Source: Octopus vulgaris
Taxonomy: Eukaryota
DNA length: 64,000 bases
NCBI GenBank assembly: GCA_951406725.2
Contig: OX597832.1
Location: 31,868,001-31,932,000 of the forward strand
Reading direction: 5' to 3'
The notes beneath the pieces were generated by a model. It did no database searches and was not told where the DNA came from. It saw only the letters and a program-made list of their open reading frames with translations. Made by a program: the position numbers and the translations under genes. The stretch's first letter is position 1. Every line of letters starts with the position of its first letter. This document shows, one piece after another, positions 56,099 through 64,000 of the stretch.

Positions 56099-56402
56099 GT
56101 TTCAAATTTGGGCACAAGGCCAGGAGTGTCAGGTGACGAGGTAAACCGATTACATCGATCCCAGTGATCAGTCGGTACTTGTTTTATCGATCTCGAAAGG
56201 ATGAACAGCAAAATCGACCTCAGTAAAATTTAAACTCAGAACGCAAAGCCGGACGAAATGCCGATCCCAGTGATCAGTCGGTACTTGTTTTATCGATCTC
56301 GAAAGGATGAACAGCAAAATCGACCTCAGTAAAATTTAAACTCAGAACGCAAAGCCGGACGAAATGCCGCTCAGCATTTTGTCCGGCGGGTCAACGATTC
56401 TG
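56099..56402 (-). mobile_element. SINE family B with a perfect internal 106-bp tandem duplication
   Basis: 56156-56261 is identical to 56262-56367. Confidence 0.85.
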
Positions 56403-56897
56403 TCTTAGAGACGAGAAATATCAATGTGCTTTAATTTTGGCAAAAATTAAGGAATTTGACTTTGGTAGGATTTGAATACGCAGATATGATTGATATATAA
56501 TGATTTGCAAACGTTAGTGCCGTTGAAAATAGGATCTCAACGGGACAATGCCAGGGTCACTTTGTCAGAACACCGATATTAATGATCATTTTTGAGTACT
56601 GTTTTAAGAAAGATTTGGTTGTTGTTTCTTGCAGGCTGAGTGAGTACATGGAGACTTACTCGTTCACTAACAAATTTGAAGGTATTAGTATAGCTGTTTA
56701 GAAATAGGACTCTGACCTTGTAATGTTATGATTAGCATGAGACTCTCCACAGAAAGATATCAATAGTGAATATCTACAACGAATGCTTCCACCTTGTCCT
56801 ACGTTTGCTTTTATTTGTTGATGTTAGAGTATGATTTCAAAAAGTTATGTCTACTTTTACAAACTGACAGAGCAGTCATGTAGAAGATCTATATAGA

Positions 56898-56937
<40 letters not shown>

Positions 56938-57105
56938 CGAGTATATAGTAGTGTATCACCGGTTCGTTGCTGAAAGTTTAGAAATCGAAGAAGAGAATAC
57001 AAAATCAAATACCACAACTAAAGACGACCGACATATACAGATATGCTACGAGCAGGCTGTAAAGTTCTGTATCTGTTCTGCCATTCGGTCTCAGGTTAAT
57101 CCCAA

Positions 57106-57143
<38 letters not shown>

Positions 57144-57271
57144 TCAACAACTGTGGAAACTACACCAGCAATGGTATCAATAACATCAACAATAGCAACA
57201 ACTGCAAATGACAACAGCAACATTCAAGAACAGCTGTAAGAATTACAATCCAAGACTTATATTCAAATTAC

Positions 57272-57595
<324 letters not shown>

Positions 57596-58152
57596 AACCT
57601 CTTCACTGCAAAGCCATTATAAATGAAAGAATTCTTCCATTTTCTGTGTCGTGAATTCGGTTCATAGAGAATAATATAGCAACAAGGTAATTCTTCTTCC
57701 ACCATTCTCTCCCTATCCTCCACCCGATCTCTGTCTCTGAGAGCTTGAACATAATCCGGTTTTAAGTACAACCATTATTTCACAGTCGTAATCTTTCGAT
57801 GCCCTTTTTAACATCAGCTGGCCAATGCCGAGTTAAGGTTACAATAACATTTAAAACTTCGACAAGGAAACATAAAACTTTATGTCCATATGTTTCACTT
57901 TGCCAGCGACCATGAAATTCGAGTCGTTGATCTCCGAAATAAATGCGAACAGCGCAGTAAATGAACTTTAATCAAGCGGAACTGGATGTGTCAAATCTTG
58001 CGAGATATTACACGTTTCGTAAATGCTATAAATATTTTATTCAGGGATATTTAGACTGCACTGCTGCTTCTAGAAATATATCTCAACTATAAATCAACTA
58101 CGACATGAATGCATGTGCGTATATATATGCATGTATACATATACAGCTATCC

Positions 58153-58213
<61 letters not shown>

Positions 58214-58238
58214 ATGTATATATGTATTTATGTATAGA

Positions 58239-58620
58239 CTAGCAGTATCGCCCGGCGTTGCTCAGGTTTGTAAGGGAAATAACTATAAAGCATTTTTAGA
58301 GAGTTATAGCAAAAAAATAGCAAAAAAATGGAAAAAAATGATGGTAAATTTTTTTTTTAGTTAAAAAGGGTGGAGTTGCGTCCCCTAGACAGTTTGCGGT
58401 TTGTGTTTCTGATTCTCGACCCCATGTCGAATTTATCGTTTTTTTCAGAACTGGAGGAACTTTTCAAAATTTTCGCTGCGTTAGTTTTGAATTATGACAT
58501 TGGGCTATGTGTGTATCAAGTTTCATTAGAATCGGTTGAAAGCCGTGGTCAGGGTGAGGGTACAAGCAAACAGACACACAGAAACACGCACAGACAAACT
58601 GCCGTTTATATAGAGAGGGA
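58239..58620 (-). mobile_element. Non-autonomous Helitron
   Basis: Same ctagcagtatcgcccggcgttgctc 3' terminus; first ~110 bp shared with the 29545 copy; 5' end tttatatagagaggGA|T. Confidence 0.82.
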
Positions 58621-58645
58621 TATATAGATATATATATACACACAC

Positions 58646-58697
<52 letters not shown>

Positions 58698-58746
58698 AAT
58701 ACTAAATTTCTAAATCTCTCGTAGAGACATGTACGGTGGTGGGGCG

Positions 58747-58909
58747 ATAGAATGGTTGTATACTGTCAATCTAACCCCCTTCGTAAATGTATATAAGGAC
58801 ACAGGAGAAATGTATCAAAGCCATCAGGAGGCGTCGATGCTTCCTAAGGCTAAACAGCGGTGGTGTACCCCCCTACTGTCTCGTTCGTGTTAGATTGACT
58901 GTATACAAC

Positions 58910-58917
<8 letters not shown>
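58747..58917. repeat. Inverted repeat with 29-bp arms (MITE- or pLTR-like) between TA runs
   Basis: 58747-58775 vs 58889-58917, one mismatch. Confidence 0.85.
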
Positions 58918-58953
<36 letters not shown>

Positions 58954-59443
58954 ACATGTATACATAACATAACACACACACATATATATATAATAAATCT
59001 CTGAGCGGGGTATAAACAGTAGCTGCACGACATTCGTGAAGTATATTTGCCATTTAAATGTGGCTAACCTTTAAGGGTTGATGCTAAGGCCATAATGGCG
59101 ATTTAAGGATATGTAAGAACAGAATGCATTGAAGGAATTTGACATTCCTTTCTCGAAGACTGTAGACTGTGACTCAAAGAATACTTACCAACCATTTCAA
59201 GCAGATGGAGAGAAAATTATGATATCATCGAACCAGAGGATATTGCAACGTAAACGGTGTGGCTGCTGAAACGAAGCTCATCCTTGTGCACAAAGGCTGA
59301 TCGACTGTTTGAGTCATCAATGAAGATGAAGGAAAACATTTTGAATTATAAGGAACTTCGGAATTTTATTGTAGCCACATACGCAATACTTACATCTCGG
59401 TGGAGCCAGCCAATACAATTTATATTCTCACATCCGCCTATCA

Positions 59444-59477
<34 letters not shown>

Positions 59478-59774
59478 GTATATGTGTGTGTGCATACATA
59501 TATGCATATATGTGTGTGTTTTACAACCGTTTCTATTATTCTGAGTATTAGATATATTCAATGCAATGCCATGGTGTCTCTGTGCCTTAAAATAACCCTT
59601 GGCATGCGACAGGAATGTTAAAATTTAGGTAGATTAACTTTACTAATTTGGACGGTTAAAACTGAGATGCGGCTTTGGTGTAATAGTTAGTATAGTTGTA
59701 CTGGTTTCAGGAAACGTAGAGTTCGATTCCCGAACATAAAGTTTTACTCTCCTTATTCTCCTTCACACGTGCAC

Positions 59775-59825
<51 letters not shown>

Positions 59826-60090
59826 TGTATACATAAACACACACACACCCAAAGCGCGCACACATATACAAACAAAAGCAGAAGTAATGGACTTTACCTA
59901 TTTATTTATGCATCGTCGACTTACAGCTGTTTCTGATATTCATTTTAGATGCGTTCCGTTTACTAAATCGCCAAAATTGGTCGATTGGAAAAACTGAATG
60001 TCCTTGACAAATACTATCATCTTCAGATCCCTTAATAATAACTCTCACTCACTCACTCACTCACTCACTCACTCATTCACTCATTCACTC

Positions 60091-60148
<58 letters not shown>

Positions 60149-60479
60149 CATACACACATACACGCATGCGTACACCAACCTATTTAGTATTCTATTTCAT
60201 ATGACGAACGATCAACCGAAGATAACGATAGATAGAAGCCACAGCTTCAACTAAATAAATGTGCAAATAAACAAGCATGCAAAGAGGTAGAAACTCGTCC
60301 AGAGGTCGTTCTGTTGGCTTTCAGTAGCAGATTCGTTCTATATTCGCTTCGTTTTATGATTGTCCTCGAATTGCTTTTGCAAAAATGTTCATATTCCCAT
60401 GGAGACAGTTTAGTTGCACCATTAACCGTTTTTTCAAATTATATTTTCACATCCATAAAACGTAACGTGTGGTAGATAA

Positions 60480-60508
60480 CGATGATGATGATGATGATGA
60501 TCGTGATG

Positions 60509-60556
<48 letters not shown>

Positions 60557-60631
60557 GTAAAAAGAAGAAGAAGAAGAATGTCAACATCACCACAAACACT
60601 ACGACTACCTCCATCTCCACTACTATTAATG

Positions 60632-60723
<92 letters not shown>
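60480..60723. repeat. (GAT)n/(AAT)n compound repeat
   Basis: Direct reading. Confidence 0.92.
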
Positions 60724-60724
<1 letters not shown>

Positions 60725-61269
60725 CAGTACCAGGCAGTGGCTCTTATGGCTTCTGATCTTAACTGATTGGAAGTGTTATCATGTACATTGTTTTGTCTTG
60801 GTATAAAAGATGGGCTACAGCAAATATACTGCTCACTACCAGAGATTTGCTTGTCAGTTGTTTGACCTTAACCAGTTGAGCATGCCCCTTATTGGCTGAC
60901 GATATGTGCATCTCTGATCACGAGCAGAAGTAGTGGGAGAGCATCATAGCCATGTGTTGAGAGGGATTCTTTGGGGTTTGAATAATTCACCTCTGGAAAC
61001 ATGGGTGGTTCTTTCAACATCCTTAAACAACCCTTATTCAGGGACCTTTTGAGCGGGATGGGCTACTCAACCTGAAGAAAATTCTAACTGGGCCCCACCT
61101 GCAAGGTCATGTGCTGTTTATCTTGATATGAGATCACCATGTCGCGCACATATGGTTGTGATGCATGTGCCTGGTGTACCTTTATCAGACGGGTAGTCAT
61201 GATGGGTATATTGGGCTTCGTATATTTTACCCCAGTGTCACTTTGATGGCATGCACTGCTCTCTCACTC
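60724..61269 (+). mobile_element. ~545-bp non-coding element embedded in (AAT)n; probable Dong/R4-type derivative
   Basis: Sharp boundaries with (AAT)n on both sides and higher GC than the flanks; Dong/R4 retroelements are known to target (TAA)n. Confidence 0.5.
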
Positions 61270-61291
61270 AATAATAATAATAATAATAATC

Positions 61292-61430
61292 CTTTCTACT
61301 ATAAGCACCAGCTTAAAATCTTTGGGGAAGAAGTATCGGCTCCATTGCACAACTGGTACCAACTTTATCTACTCCGAACGAATCAAAGCCAAAGAGTCCA
61401 CATCGGCGGAATTTGAACTCAGAGCATGAG
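61292..61430 (-). mobile_element. Degraded SINE family B fragment
   Basis: aactggtacc..tttatc...catcggcggaatttgaactcaga. Confidence 0.55.
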
Positions 61431-62197
61431 GACGGAAGTAAGGGGGGAAATTGTGAACAAACAAAGCAATATCGAAACAGGTTATCATGTAATTAGCCTC
61501 ATATCCTGTCTCACTGGAAAGTTAGAAATCAATTAACAGCCTGCCAGCGTCTAGTACGCACCAGATGCATTGTGGGAGGAAATAATCATTTATTGAGTTT
61601 CCTCCCAACGAACTGCATTTCTTGCCGTCTTTGATAACATTAACAGGTGCTGCCTTCGATACAATCGTTAATGATATTGGACATTTCTTTTTTAATCTCT
61701 CTCTCTCTCTCTTATTACTGGTCTGTCATTTTTATATTATTTGTTGTTGTTGACGTTGATTTTAATTCTCTTGAGAGTGATAGTTTTCCGGTTGCTGTTT
61801 GTGTCTGCCATATCAGCAATTTTTTTCTTTTGACTCGCAACTGAAAATCTCTGTCGCGGTGGACACAGTCATTTGTTGTTGTTAGTTGTTTTTGTCGTTT
61901 TCATTGCCGTTGTTGTTGTTGTTGTTGTTGTTGTTGTTCCAGACGCCATCGAACATTTTTGTCATAATGGCTGACGTTGGTATTTTTTTTTATAATTGTT
62001 GACATCTTTCTCCATGATATTGTTGTTGGTGTTGCTGCTGTTGTTGTTGATGTTGTTTCTACCACTGCTCCTGCTGATACTTCGATTCACTTAAATTTGC
62101 TTCTTTACTTTTCGAGTTCAAATGCTGCCGACGTCCACTGCTTTTATTTCTTCCCAAATATTGTCAATAAATAATTTGCATACTCCTATAGGACCGA

Positions 62198-62265
<68 letters not shown>

Positions 62266-62566
62266 CAACTCACCCCCCACACACAAGTTCGAATATTTTC
62301 CAATTGTTGCCTTCCATCTCTTCCTGCAGAAGTATTGTACCTAACGCTCTATTTCCAAGACAATCTCATACCAGCAGAAGGAAAGTCGTCTACTACTTTT
62401 AATCAACATAGTTTTTGGAAGAGGAGATTACGCAAATAACTAGGGAACAAATATTTTGCAATGAATTACATTAGCCTGCAGCTGTTTTTTGCTATAAGTT
62501 GCCCATCTGGATATACATATACATATCGATATCTATATGTGTATAAATATATATATATACATATAC

Positions 62567-62634
<68 letters not shown>

Positions 62635-63405
62635 ATACAAAATTACCTAAATGTACATATTTCTGAGAATGGATTTTACCGTTCAAAATCTATACTACGT
62701 TTCACATACTTTTTCCTTTTTATCACTCCGGTGATGTTTTCCACATATAAATACTTCTCCAAATGAAATTGAACTTCAAATTTCAAGCTCTGACGATGCT
62801 ATATGTTGATACGCAAGCACTTTAAGAAAATCGTGTATATATATATATGCTCACATATTTAGGAATTGTTAGAACAAGGCAAAACATCACTGCCACACAC
62901 CATGTTCAAATGCAATATAAATTCGCTGAAAACAAAAAGAAAAGAAAAGACGAAGATGTTTCCTTTTTATCATTGTAAGTATCAATGAAATTACGGCCAT
63001 GCTGCCTTTTGATAAATGGCATTTGAAGAAACACGCATGGATGTTGTCCAAAACCGAGAAATTAAAAAAGATACAGGTTGAAAAATGCCGAGTATAAGCG
63101 ATTTATCATTAATTCTAGAGTCCCTTTAATTGCTCCGTCAGTTATTACAATATTTACAACCAGGCAACTACTTGGATCGATAGGATCAAATGTATATTGG
63201 TTCCCCTTTAGCTTATGGCGTGGAGCGCTCAACCATGTTCCACTTAATGGTATATGAGGTATTTTTGGTATTCCGATGGGGCCAGCCAGGTTTGAATTTG
63301 AAGTGTACCTGTATATATGCGTCAATAAGCGGGTATATTTAAAAATATATGCGTTAAATATTTCGTGTTGCAATTTACTTTCAATTTGTTGATTTCTCGA
63401 TAATA

Positions 63406-64000
63406 CGAGGGGTACTAAAAAGTAACCGGAAACGTTCTCTATTGGACAAGCCCGTTGTAGTTCAGGCTTTCGCCGCCAGAAGCCACTTGATGCGATCATT
63501 AGGCATCAGTCTGCCGACTGATCGCTTTATATAAAGACATACTTCCACGTGGTACGCCCTTATTTTGCAGTGCTTCTCGCCTGTTCGTCGATTTTTGCGA
63601 TGGCTGAAACGAAAGAACAGAACGTTTCCGTAAAATTCTTTTTTCTACTGGGAAAAACGGTAGCCGAATGAGTTGTCATGTCTCAAAAGGCTTACAAGGA
63701 CGCTGCCATGAGCAAAACAGAAGTTTACGCGTGGTTTTCGCGCTTTCGGAATGGTTACCTGTCGCTTCAAGACTAACCTTGTTCAGGACGACGGCTGACC
63801 TCCCGACCGAATGAAAACATCACGAAAATTCCCGAATTGATCGTGGAAAACCGTCGCCGAACAACTAACGAACTTGTAGGTATGAGTATTGTATCCGAGA
63901 GCTCCTGCCAACAAATTTTGCGCGCGAAATTGCGAATGGAAAGAGTTGGAGAAAACCTTGTGCCTCGCTTCTTCACGTAAAATCAAAACCAGTCACGACT
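63406..64000 (+). mobile_element. Mariner transposon, 5' part (transposase pseudogene from ATG 63600), running off the window
   Basis: TA|CGAGGGGTACTAAAAAGTAACCGG TIR; MAETKEQNVSVKFFFLLGKTVAE*...AMSKTEVYAWFSRFRNG...D*PCSGR...ENRRRTTNELV...LVPRFFT* with in-frame stops. Confidence 0.9.

Noticed and set aside
59669-59735. tRNA-like A and B boxes (tggtgtaatagttag, gagttcgattccc)
   Set aside because: No acceptor or anticodon stem; probably a decayed SINE head, not a tRNA gene

Overview
AT-rich, extremely microsatellite-dense eukaryotic DNA with no supportable intact protein-coding gene; nearly all ORFs in the track are translations of (TA)n, (CA)n, (TATC)n, (CCA)n, (CAT)n or (AAT)n runs. The repeat repertoire resembles an octopus/cephalopod intergenic or large-intron region (inference). 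It contains three tRNA-headed SINE families (three copies with target-site duplications), four non-autonomous Helitrons, four mariner relics, and RTE, CR1-type and possibly Gypsy and Polinton fragments. It also holds an (AAT)n-embedded element and a scrambled local duplication at 37.2-40.2 kb. The most interesting signal is a recurring set of short elements sitting in or beside (TA)n runs. They carry hammerhead-ribozyme-like cores (C[U/C]GANGA - stem II - GAAA - palindromic stem III), often in inverted or partial-tandem arrangements and next to decayed GIY-YIG remnants, which suggests Penelope-like/retrozyme-like non-autonomous families. A C/D-box snoRNA-like candidate and several long hairpins are also flagged. 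All calls were made by eye without database searches.
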